A DNA stretch of 64,000 nt from Fidelibacterota bacterium (GTDB lineage Bacteria > Fidelibacterota > Marinisomatia > Marinisomatales > UBA1611). The stretch lies in NCBI GenBank assembly GCA_018658715.1, contig JABHUQ010000034.1, positions 86,230 through 150,229 on the forward strand. The letters run 5' to 3'. Both the position numbers and the translations under genes were made by a program. The notes below the pieces were generated by a model that searched no databases, was not told the DNA's origin, and saw only the letters and a list, made by a program, of their open reading frames with translations. Positions 17,990 through 26,852 of the stretch are shown in pieces. Position 1 is the first letter of the stretch; the number at the start of each line of letters is the position of its first letter.

Positions 17990-20752
17990 TTAAAATAATA
18001 TTTGCATTCCTACTTCAACCCCTCGAGGCTTTCTGAGCCTTGATGGGTCTAAGTTCGGATTCGGGCTATTGGCTAAATTATAACCAAATATTTCTCCTGG
18101 TCCGTATCCTCGACCAGTATAAGGATTAATTCGTCTAGGTATTTTTTCATTAAATACATTTTCCACTTCTAAATACATTTTTACTTTAAACTTAATCAGT
18201 TTAATCATTTTAAATAGTTTCAAATCCATATTTGTAGAAGGAATTTCACTAATATAATAATTAGGTCGATCGTCTTCCCTCGGCCCTTCATAGTACGGCG
18301 TTTCGTTTACATATATAATTGTATCTGGAATCGACCTGGTGTATCGACGGCCTGATTCATATTCTAGCCGGATAGAGCCTCCCCAATTCGATGGATGGTT
18401 ATACGAAATATTTGCAAACATATGACTGGGTCTGTCCCAACTCATAAAATTTTCACCTAATGGTTTTTCACTTAATTGGCCTGCTTGAACTAATAAATTA
18501 TCTAGAGGAGATGAACTTTTTCCCGTAACCATTGAATAATTAAAATTTAAATCAACATACCAATTTGCTAATAATCGACTTTTAATAATGGCTTCGACAC
18601 CGCGCGCACGTGCATAATCTGCATTGAAATACATATTAAAGCTTAAATGAGCATATTTCGGGTTGGATGGATGAATGGTTTGAGACGTTTCATAATCAAA
18701 CATATCCTTCCAATACGCTTTTACCTCTAATACTTGATCTTCACTAAAGCGATGTTTTACACCTAATTCATATTGAACCGTAGTTTTTGGGTTTAGGTTT
18801 GGATTCCCAAATACTTGATATGTACTTGGGGATGTGGAATTAATTTTTGCATACACATATTGGAATGTTGGCAATTGGGAGAAGTGGCCATAATAAAAAT
18901 ATAAAACATCATTATCGGTTACAGGATGAGAAATTCCAAATCGCGGACTCAATCTAGCTTTCATTCTATATTCGTCGCCTATCCAGGGGAAGCGGAACGT
19001 TTCTTCCATAAATAATTCTTTAGCTTGATCAGTAATGATAATCGTATTTGTATCTGCAATAGCATCTTCAACAAATCGACCAGGAATCCAATAATCTCCC
19101 CGGAATCCTAAATTTAATGTCATTCCTTCAAATGCAATTCTGTCTTGAACATAAAATGCACCAAAATAGGTCCTAGCATTATAATAATCAAAATTAGCGC
19201 CAAACCCGGTTGAACCCTTCCAAGGTTCATCAATATCTAAAACTTGTATATCTGTAATGGTATGTTCAAACCCTGATTTTATTTTATGACGATTGGCGGT
19301 GTGATAAGTCCAATCAGCATCAAATCGAGTGTTTGCACTAAATAAATCATACCACTCCGGAGCAAATCCCGTATCATAAAATTCATCTCCATAGGTAATT
19401 TGTATATTCCCATCATGATTTGTATTATCCAAATTATAGTTGATCGGTTCTAAATCAAGCCGCTCTTCATACTCTCCCCAATGCAAATCTTGTACAGCGC
19501 TATGTTCCATTGTAAGAAAATGACCAAAATTTACTTCATAGAATGATTTGGTTGATAATGTATGAGTCCAATTCATGCTTAATAGTCGCGTATCACGAGT
19601 AACTGTATTATATTCATCTAAAATATGCATATACCTATAGGGGAAATAAGTAGATGAAAATGCCCTAGGCATAAAGAATCCTTGATTCACATTCATTGAA
19701 ATATCATAAGATACGCTAAGTTTCTTTTTGGCGGTCCATCCCCAAGTAAGTTTATACATGAAATGCCAATCATTGTTTTCTCTCGGGGTCAATTTTTCCA
19801 TGATATTATTTGAAAAATTATCATCTGTCCCGGCGAGACTCCAGTAGCTATGCGGATAAATTTTCGATGCTATTGGCAAATTACCATCATACATTTTTCC
19901 ATATCCATTAATAAAAAATGAAAATTGACCTGGAAGATCTTTTGATAAAAGCTTTGGGAGCTTTTCTAATAATAAAGATGGCCCTCCTAAATTGAATTCA
20001 ATTCGATCAGAATTATTATGCTGCCCTTCGGGTAAAACTCTATCACTAGAATATTTAATGGCACCTTCGTAATTCTCTCGACCTTCTTTCAATTTAATAT
20101 TTACAACACCAGACATGGCTTGCCCATATTCAGCATTATATCCACCTGTTACAATTTCTAATTCGGCAATAGCATCTGCATTTACAAATAAATTTCCAGA
20201 ATATCCTGAGAGCGGATCTTTAACTGAAAAACCATCAACTACAAATAAGCTTTCATCAATCCTTCCACCTCGAATATGAATTTCATTATCTTGAGTTGTA
20301 ACACCAATTTGTTCAGATAGAATATCTTCAACACTTGAAACAACTTTATTTTCAATTTCATCTGATCGAATTCTCGCCATAGACGATGTTTCATCCACAT
20401 CAAAGAGCGGTTTCTTTCCCATTACGACTACATCTTCACCAAAGCTTAGAACTGTTTCCTCCATTTGGAAATCAAATATTGTTGTTTTGCCGGCATGGAT
20501 TGCATTTCCAGTCTTAAGAATTATTTTATATCCAATAATAGATGCTTCAATATCATATTCCCCTGACTTTACACCCGATATAAAATAGGAACCTTCCATA
20601 TTGGTTGCGGTGCCATAATAGGTCCCCTTAACCATAACATTAACACCGGGAAGGCCTTCACCTGTTGCTTTATCTATAACTTTCCCTGAAATTGCGCCTA
20701 CATCTTGAGAAAAAAGTATGAAGGGAAATAATAAAAAGATTATTTTTGTCAT
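17990..20752 (-). CDS. TonB-dependent receptor with N-terminal CarboxypepD_reg-like domain
   Basis: 920 aa. GKVIDKATGEGLPGVNVMVKGTYYGTATNMEGSYFI, plug (IHIRGGRIDESLFVVDGFSV) and a long barrel ending GVEVGMQILF. Confidence 0.9.
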   Translation of the reverse strand: MTKIIFLLFPFILFSQDVGAISGKVIDKATGEGLPGVNVMVKGTYYGTATNMEGSYFISGVKSGEYDIEASIIGYKIILKTGNAIHAGKTTIFDFQMEETVLSFGEDVVVMGKKPLFDVDETSSMARIRSDEIENKVVSSVEDILSEQIGVTTQDNEIHIRGGRIDESLFVVDGFSVKDPLSGYSGNLFVNADAIAELEIVTGGYNAEYGQAMSGVVNIKLKEGRENYEGAIKYSSDRVLPEGQHNNSDRIEFNLGGPSLLLEKLPKLLSKDLPGQFSFFINGYGKMYDGNLPIASKIYPHSYWSLAGTDDNFSNNIMEKLTPRENNDWHFMYKLTWGWTAKKKLSVSYDISMNVNQGFFMPRAFSSTYFPYRYMHILDEYNTVTRDTRLLSMNWTHTLSTKSFYEVNFGHFLTMEHSAVQDLHWGEYEERLDLEPINYNLDNTNHDGNIQITYGDEFYDTGFAPEWYDLFSANTRFDADWTYHTANRHKIKSGFEHTITDIQVLDIDEPWKGSTGFGANFDYYNARTYFGAFYVQDRIAFEGMTLNLGFRGDYWIPGRFVEDAIADTNTIIITDQAKELFMEETFRFPWIGDEYRMKARLSPRFGISHPVTDNDVLYFYYGHFSQLPTFQYVYAKINSTSPSTYQVFGNPNLNPKTTVQYELGVKHRFSEDQVLEVKAYWKDMFDYETSQTIHPSNPKYAHLSFNMYFNADYARARGVEAIIKSRLLANWYVDLNFNYSMVTGKSSSPLDNLLVQAGQLSEKPLGENFMSWDRPSHMFANISYNHPSNWGGSIRLEYESGRRYTRSIPDTIIYVNETPYYEGPREDDRPNYYISEIPSTNMDLKLFKMIKLIKFKVKMYLEVENVFNEKIPRRINPYTGRGYGPGEIFGYNLANSPNPNLDPSRLRKPRGVEVGMQILF

Positions 20753-22293
20753 TCGATAAACTCAACTTCTAAAAGATATTGAATTAATTTACTCGCAGAT
20801 CCATTTCCTTCCATCACAGCTCGACTCCCATTATGGAATGGTAAAGTCATCATAACAACTTTTCCTGATAATTCTACTGGTGATACTTCAAATTGTCCCA
20901 TACTGCATACAATGGGATTCCCTTCCCAATAATCGCCATTTCCGGGATCTGCCATTTGATATAAATGAGTTATTTGATCAAATGCTTCACCTTTCAATTC
21001 TCCTTCTTCTCTTAGATTTGGATATAATCCTTTCACGCGGTTGGCAATGGTATAACTGGTTTTTAAATCTAAAGTTGAATCCACAAGAGATGTTACATCT
21101 CTATCGGGGTATAACCGACCATTTGGATTAATATTTTCTACACTATCTATCGGGAACCAAGTGAAGGATGAATCTCTCCTCCAGAATTGAGGAACATTCA
21201 TAAATAAATTTCCACCATTCCAAACAAAAGACTGAAGGCTTGCATCTGCATTAGGGTATGTTTCATTCCCCGTATAAGATCCAAACCAAACAACATTATC
21301 AAATGCACTTAAAGTAGCATTTACATCCGTAGACGAGTAGGGCAATTCTTCTCCAATTTCCCATACGGAGTAACCGCCACTGCCAACAAGTGAATCTAAA
21401 ATAGATTTATACCAGATTTGTGATGTGTTATTTCCATCTTGCGGAAAATCGTCAACAAGTAAAATGTCACCTTCAACAGGAAGAACAGTCCATACTTGGG
21501 CTTCACTAATATTGATTGAATCTGGGAATTGAACAATGTCGCTTTCAGCTCCAGCAATATCTTTAATCTTTACATAAAACGTATGTTGCCCTGGCTCAAC
21601 ATTTGTTAATGTAATTCCAGATTCAGAACCATCAATACGACTCCAACATGTTTCACATGTATCATCAATGGAATAATATATATCTGTAATGGTTTCATTT
21701 CCATCTTGGTCATAAACATCCCAGATAAATGTTCGAGTTCCAAATGTATAGCTCGTATCTCCATGAATGTTGGCAATTAATGGATTTGATAAATATCTAA
21801 AATTTACTTCTGGAGATGAGTTTTGAATAGGAAGTGTAAGGCGAGCGGGCGATTCATCTAAATTTCCATCTTCATCTATTGCCTTCACTTCAAAACTAAA
21901 TACATCTAGGTTTGTCCGAATAGGGACATAAAATAAACCGCTCTCCAAATTAGTATAGGTCCATGATGAATCTGTATTCCATTTATAATAATAGCCAGAA
22001 ATAGTGCCATCTGAATCTTCACCCCACCAATGGAGCTCTTGTTTGCTGGTTGTAATAGTAGTAAAAGCTTGAGCTAACGTATCCCAAACAAATCCAGAAT
22101 CAGGTTCTTCTCCAATTACATAAGTTAATTGACCAAGCGAATCGGTATTTGCATAAATAGTGTCAGTGGCAATAAGGGATAAATATGTTTCTGGGATAGC
22201 ATTATCCACAGGATTAGATAAATCATCGTACTCCCATAATTGGCACGAAAAGAGGGCAAATAACCCTATAACAAGAATAATTAATCGTTTCAT
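20749..22293 (-). CDS. Surface lipoprotein with Ig/Y_Y_Y-like modules and a C-terminal alpha/beta domain
   Basis: Lipobox ALFSC. Modules GYYYKWNTDSSW... and IYYSIDD...GQHTFYVKIKDIAGAES. 4-nt overlap with the TonB receptor gene. Confidence 0.45.
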   Translation of the reverse strand: MKRLIILVIGLFALFSCQLWEYDDLSNPVDNAIPETYLSLIATDTIYANTDSLGQLTYVIGEEPDSGFVWDTLAQAFTTITTSKQELHWWGEDSDGTISGYYYKWNTDSSWTYTNLESGLFYVPIRTNLDVFSFEVKAIDEDGNLDESPARLTLPIQNSSPEVNFRYLSNPLIANIHGDTSYTFGTRTFIWDVYDQDGNETITDIYYSIDDTCETCWSRIDGSESGITLTNVEPGQHTFYVKIKDIAGAESDIVQFPDSINISEAQVWTVLPVEGDILLVDDFPQDGNNTSQIWYKSILDSLVGSGGYSVWEIGEELPYSSTDVNATLSAFDNVVWFGSYTGNETYPNADASLQSFVWNGGNLFMNVPQFWRRDSSFTWFPIDSVENINPNGRLYPDRDVTSLVDSTLDLKTSYTIANRVKGLYPNLREEGELKGEAFDQITHLYQMADPGNGDYWEGNPIVCSMGQFEVSPVELSGKVVMMTLPFHNGSRAVMEGNGSASKLIQYLLEVEFIE

Positions 22294-22331
22294 AAAAAAA
22301 GTGTAAGCGAGGAAATTAATTCCCCGCTTAC
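22294..22331 (-). terminator. Intrinsic terminator between the 1457-aa cargo gene and the downstream operon
   Basis: Minus strand: GTAAGCGGGG (22331-22322) / CCTCGCTTAC (22312-22303) with 1 mismatch and a 9-nt loop, followed by T7 (22300-22294). Confidence 0.65.
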
Positions 22332-22339
22332 CTATTGAT

Positions 22340-25300
22340 TTATTGTACCATTAACATTTTACGGTGTGAAATGAAATTACCTGCTTTAATGCGGTAAACA
22401 TAGACACCAGAAGCAACGCGCTCACCCATGTCATTCATACCATCCCAATTTACAACATGAAACCCTGGGCCAAATGATTGATTGGTTAAGAAGCGAACGC
22501 GTCTCCCCAATATATCATAAATAGCTAATTTCACATCTTGAGTTGCAGCTAACTCAAATCGTATTTGTGTTTCTGGGTTGAATGGATTTGGAAAATTCTC
22601 ATACAAAGCGTAAGAATATGGATTAAGATTTACATCATCATTAATTCCAGCGGATTGACCTAAATCAGCCATATTCCTTACTTGTACTTTATACGTTCCA
22701 AAACTGAAATTGAAAATGCCACTAATGGATTCAAGCACTTGTCCTTCAGTCAAGGTGCTCATAAAATTTGCAGCACCTATTGAAGCCATATCTTCATCTA
22801 TTAAACATTCAAATCCTGAATCATCTGCGATAGACCAGTCAAACGAATTCACAGAAGAAACCGTTACATTATTCAATTGAACTAATGTCCCTTCATATGA
22901 TTCTACTTCTTCGCCTGTTTGAGATAATTCTTCACAGCTAACTAATGCAGGTGCTGGTCCAGTATTTCCTGTAGAAAGAACTTCTACGGATGAATTAATT
23001 ATACGAGTGTTCCCATCGAATTTGAAATGCCATTCAGGGTCAAAATCTGTGACAAAACCTGATACTTGAACTTCGTCACCAAGAGACAAGGCATCAATGG
23101 CATCTCCATCAAATACAACTCCATTCCATACCCCACTACCATCTTGAAATACATACGAGCCATAACTGCTATTATATTGAGCTGTATCACCAGTTACAAT
23201 TCCATTTAAGGTTAATTCGCAATTATGATAACGAGAGACACCTGATGGCCAAGATGTGAATTGCACATCATGAATTTCAAGATTATCTTTAACAACAAAT
23301 CCCAATTGACCATTGTCTATATCATAGGGGAATGTGCTTGTTTTTGACTCTGCTTGGTCAGCTCCATCATCTGTTGCAACAATATAGTAATTCACATCAT
23401 CACCATCAGAAATAGGAATATTTCCAGACCACTCAAATCCACCTCCAGGTGCCATGACAGCACTTTGATAAGCACCACCATTAATACTGTACATAATTTC
23501 TGCAGAAGCTACTGTTGAATTATCTTCAATCTCACATACAACAGTAACGCTTTCGTCGCTAGATGTTGGAGCACATGGTTCGCGTGTGGGTTCATTAATA
23601 GCTGGAGGTCCTGCTCCAAATTCTAGATCGCCAATATAAAGTGGTTCTAGTTTGTAAGCGCTTGAATCTGCATTAGAACCATAATGGTGGTAGACCCAAC
23701 CTCTTAAAGATTGAACAAAAGACCCAACAGGTGGGAGTGGATTCGTTTCAAAGAAAACAGCAATACTATCTGAATCATCATCAACAAGCACATCTCCGCT
23801 TCCGTCGTTCACAGAGAATAATTCATATTGGTATTCGTTTCCTGAAACAATTCCGTCTACAACTTTAACCATAACATTTCCCCATTGCTCAGCTTCTGTT
23901 GGCCATCGTAAATCACCGGTTAAAACTGTATCAATTAGAGGTAAGTCTTGTTCAAAATCAACCAAATCAACCGGCTCTGTAATGAACAATTCTGTCATAT
24001 TCGCAGGACCTGTTGAATATTCGGAAATGTATCCAGTTGCATGAACTAAATCACCTTCAAACAAGATTGGAAATGCTGTACTATCAGGGTCATAAGATAA
24101 AATAGCGCTCCATGGGCCTCCATGCACATCTTCGTAAATGAATTTAATGCCTGATCCAGCATAACTAAGACCTGTTGGCATGGTTACAATACCTTTTAAA
24201 GTTACTGTTTCACCTTCATAATATGAGATATCAGATACTTCATCTTCGCCTGCTTTTAATAAATCACTATATAGTACTTGTTGAATACGTTGAATCCGAC
24301 CTGGGTCACCTGCCGCTTCAACAACATCACGAGCTAAACGTGGCTGTATTTTTGTATTAGAATAATTATAATCCAAAACACCAACAACTTTTGCAAGATT
24401 TACATCTGCCTCAGGCCAGAAAAAATAATCCCATTTATCATCCACGCGAACTGAGCCCGTATTATCTGATATAGACCATTCACCATATCCTTCATCTGGG
24501 TTAGATATAGTTACATTTTCAACTGCAATGAGGCAACTTTCAAATGCTTCTGTATCTGTACCGCCTGTTCCAACTTGGGAAGCTGTTACTTGGTCAGGAC
24601 CAAATGGAGCGACAGCTGGACCATGAATCGTTGCAGAAGAAATATCTGTTAATTCAGTAAGTCCATTATATTCTGTAACAACACCAGTAAGTGTAACACT
24701 ATCACCTTCAGCGATAGAATTTACGTCACCCATTGGTGATTGGAATGTAAATGTATCCCAACCGTCATAGTTAAAACAAACAATCCCATTCCATGGACCT
24801 GGAGCATCTTGAACAAATAAGTAACGATTGTCGCTACCATTCCAAAATTCTGCAGTTACAATACCACTAATAGTTACTTCTTGATCTACTAGTGGGCTCG
24901 CATCGTCTGTGGATGGATCAGCAACATATTGAATGTCCCAAATGGTGGAAATTGTCGATGATGAAATTGTAAAATTAACTGCATCTGCAACATTAGGGTC
25001 TAATGGTTGGTGATTATCATCCACAAGCCATATTTCAAAAGTATGGGCTCCTTCTGATAATTCAGTGAGCGAAACATCATCTAATGTATATTGCATAACT
25101 GATGCCCCACCATCTATAGAATAATGTAAATGACCATCACCTTCTCCGACGACTGCAACAGAAAAATTACTTGCTTCAAAGGAAACAGTAACATCTGTTG
25201 AAAAAAGTGTAGATCCGTCTACCGGGGCTGTAATAGTAATCAAAGGATCGCTATTACCATCATTAACGTGCCAACCAAGTGTTGGTGGTGTATAATCAGC

Positions 25301-26713
25301 TGATGGCTTATCTGCAACAATCCATTCAGAATTATCTGCATCTGTACCGGCTGATGCAGCCCAATCGCCGCCATTACCAGATGTTACTCCATTTTTTCTG
25401 ACAAGAGTATAATCTTTTGTTGCTGCGCTTGTACCTGCCACGTCAAAACCGCCGCCAGGATCATCTTCTGATCCTTCTCCTTCAACGCCATCTCCGTCTC
25501 CGTCAAGAGTTCCTATAATATCCAAAATCGTGGTGTCTGCGCCCGAAACATGTGCAAGCGCTCGAACGTCGTCACCGTTGAAGGACGTAGTATACCATGG
25601 GGAAGCGTAACCAAGCAGTTCGTCAGCAAGCGCCTGAATTCCATCAGACGCGTCAGAGCTTGCAACAACGTATACGTCTCCTGCGGCAAGTGTTGCGCCT
25701 TCAGCAAAGGTAAACGCCTCACTCCAAAAGTTTCCATTATAGTTGCCCCTAATGACATAGTCAGCAAGGTTAACACTGGCATTGGAACCATTATAAATTT
25801 CTAAATATTTATTGCTGCTTGTCCCTTCTGCATACTCTGAAAAGAAAAGGTTGGCTTGAGGGGCCGGCGGTGTGCCAACTGTGAATGTATAGTCTGCGGG
25901 GTCAGTTGAGCCGTCACCTGCAGAAAGAACAGTGCCATCTTCTAGCGTAACAGACCAAGAATTTTCAGACTGCCAAGATCCGGCCGCATCATAAGTATAT
26001 GTGTAGTTACCGTCTTCAAGGCAGTAGGTGAATGATGCTTCAGAAGTTGAAACAGTCATGGCATCATCACCAAAAAGTAGATTGTTGCCGTTCCAGCCGT
26101 CTCCGTAGGAGTCTATGAGGTTAAAGGTAACCTCTGTGCTCGTACAGGGTTCTGGCCCTCCAGTGGGCACAGAAAAATCATCCCATGTGTCGCCACTTGT
26201 AGATGCTGCTGTTACCCATACGCTTCCATCGTCGCCGGTAACTGTTACGGTAGTTCCGCCATCACCATATGTGTCAGTTGTGCCAACAGTATATACCGCA
26301 TCGCTGTCAAAGCCAAGTGAAAGAGTTTGGGTTTCGTAACTAGTGGAAAATAACTGCCATCCATAGTTAGAGCAATCATCGTTTAAACACGCGAAGTAAA
26401 GTTCGTCAACGCCATCTTCGTCTAGGTCTGCATATACACCTAACGTCCAAGCGCCTTCAGATGGATATCCATCAACGGTGGCAGTAATTGTGCCGTTTAC
26501 AATGTCGCGAAGATTGTTGGGTTCAATGACCTCAAAGTTTGGTAGGTCGTTTGCGTTTACAGCAGACCCTGCGTGTAGAACATTTTGCTCTGCAATCCAC
26601 TCAATCTTTTCTTGGCTAGCGTTTGCCGAGTTGCCTTTTTTCGTATAATTACCCTGTGCAAATAAAGTAACGCCTAGTAAAAAAGTTGTTAAAAATACAA
26701 TCGTTTGTCTCAT
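22340..26713 (-). CDS. Giant T9SS-secreted surface protein: lamin-tail domain plus three YhcR/ExeM-type OB-fold modules, no nuclease domain recognised
   Basis: 1457 aa with signal peptide. GDGW-motif module (DSYGDGWNG). LTD (NLFFSEYAEGTSSNKYLEIYNGSNASVNLADYVIRG, about nt 25516-25852). Three modules of the type ...EVTISGIVTAEF...YLFVQDAPGPWNGIVCF...GDSVTLTGVVTEYNGLTEL. T9SS CTD at the C-terminus (FPNPFNPETQIRF...GVYVYRIKAGNFISHRKMLMVQ). aaggag SD upstream. Confidence 0.8.
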   Translation of the reverse strand: MRQTIVFLTTFLLGVTLFAQGNYTKKGNSANASQEKIEWIAEQNVLHAGSAVNANDLPNFEVIEPNNLRDIVNGTITATVDGYPSEGAWTLGVYADLDEDGVDELYFACLNDDCSNYGWQLFSTSYETQTLSLGFDSDAVYTVGTTDTYGDGGTTVTVTGDDGSVWVTAASTSGDTWDDFSVPTGGPEPCTSTEVTFNLIDSYGDGWNGNNLLFGDDAMTVSTSEASFTYCLEDGNYTYTYDAAGSWQSENSWSVTLEDGTVLSAGDGSTDPADYTFTVGTPPAPQANLFFSEYAEGTSSNKYLEIYNGSNASVNLADYVIRGNYNGNFWSEAFTFAEGATLAAGDVYVVASSDASDGIQALADELLGYASPWYTTSFNGDDVRALAHVSGADTTILDIIGTLDGDGDGVEGEGSEDDPGGGFDVAGTSAATKDYTLVRKNGVTSGNGGDWAASAGTDADNSEWIVADKPSADYTPPTLGWHVNDGNSDPLITITAPVDGSTLFSTDVTVSFEASNFSVAVVGEGDGHLHYSIDGGASVMQYTLDDVSLTELSEGAHTFEIWLVDDNHQPLDPNVADAVNFTISSSTISTIWDIQYVADPSTDDASPLVDQEVTISGIVTAEFWNGSDNRYLFVQDAPGPWNGIVCFNYDGWDTFTFQSPMGDVNSIAEGDSVTLTGVVTEYNGLTELTDISSATIHGPAVAPFGPDQVTASQVGTGGTDTEAFESCLIAVENVTISNPDEGYGEWSISDNTGSVRVDDKWDYFFWPEADVNLAKVVGVLDYNYSNTKIQPRLARDVVEAAGDPGRIQRIQQVLYSDLLKAGEDEVSDISYYEGETVTLKGIVTMPTGLSYAGSGIKFIYEDVHGGPWSAILSYDPDSTAFPILFEGDLVHATGYISEYSTGPANMTELFITEPVDLVDFEQDLPLIDTVLTGDLRWPTEAEQWGNVMVKVVDGIVSGNEYQYELFSVNDGSGDVLVDDDSDSIAVFFETNPLPPVGSFVQSLRGWVYHHYGSNADSSAYKLEPLYIGDLEFGAGPPAINEPTREPCAPTSSDESVTVVCEIEDNSTVASAEIMYSINGGAYQSAVMAPGGGFEWSGNIPISDGDDVNYYIVATDDGADQAESKTSTFPYDIDNGQLGFVVKDNLEIHDVQFTSWPSGVSRYHNCELTLNGIVTGDTAQYNSSYGSYVFQDGSGVWNGVVFDGDAIDALSLGDEVQVSGFVTDFDPEWHFKFDGNTRIINSSVEVLSTGNTGPAPALVSCEELSQTGEEVESYEGTLVQLNNVTVSSVNSFDWSIADDSGFECLIDEDMASIGAANFMSTLTEGQVLESISGIFNFSFGTYKVQVRNMADLGQSAGINDDVNLNPYSYALYENFPNPFNPETQIRFELAATQDVKLAIYDILGRRVRFLTNQSFGPGFHVVNWDGMNDMGERVASGVYVYRIKAGNFISHRKMLMVQ

Positions 26714-26852
26714 CGTAAGACTCCTTTTGTTTTTGGTTGTTTCTGATATATTTTTTGATGTGTGGATAGTGTTAGCGGTCTGCCTTCGGCTAATCGCTTG
26801 ATATAAATATATAAAGGCGGTTTTTGAAACGCAAGACTTTCTTGTCTTCTTG

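Noticed and set aside
22999-26339. Internal ORFs on both strands within the 1457-aa gene (e.g. 25513-25791, 25550-25804, 26115-26339).
   Set aside because: They are embedded in a continuous 4.4-kb ORF with coherent domain structure from signal peptide to T9SS CTD. They are by-products of the Gly/Asp/Thr/Ser-rich codon composition.
26714-26852. Short hairpins (AAGAC/GTCTT; GCC-TTC-GGC) downstream of dnaA as a dnaA terminator.
   Set aside because: The stems are 3-5 bp with no proper U-tract, so they are not supportable. Only the CTATCCACA box-like site (26761-26769) is noted, under the origin finding.
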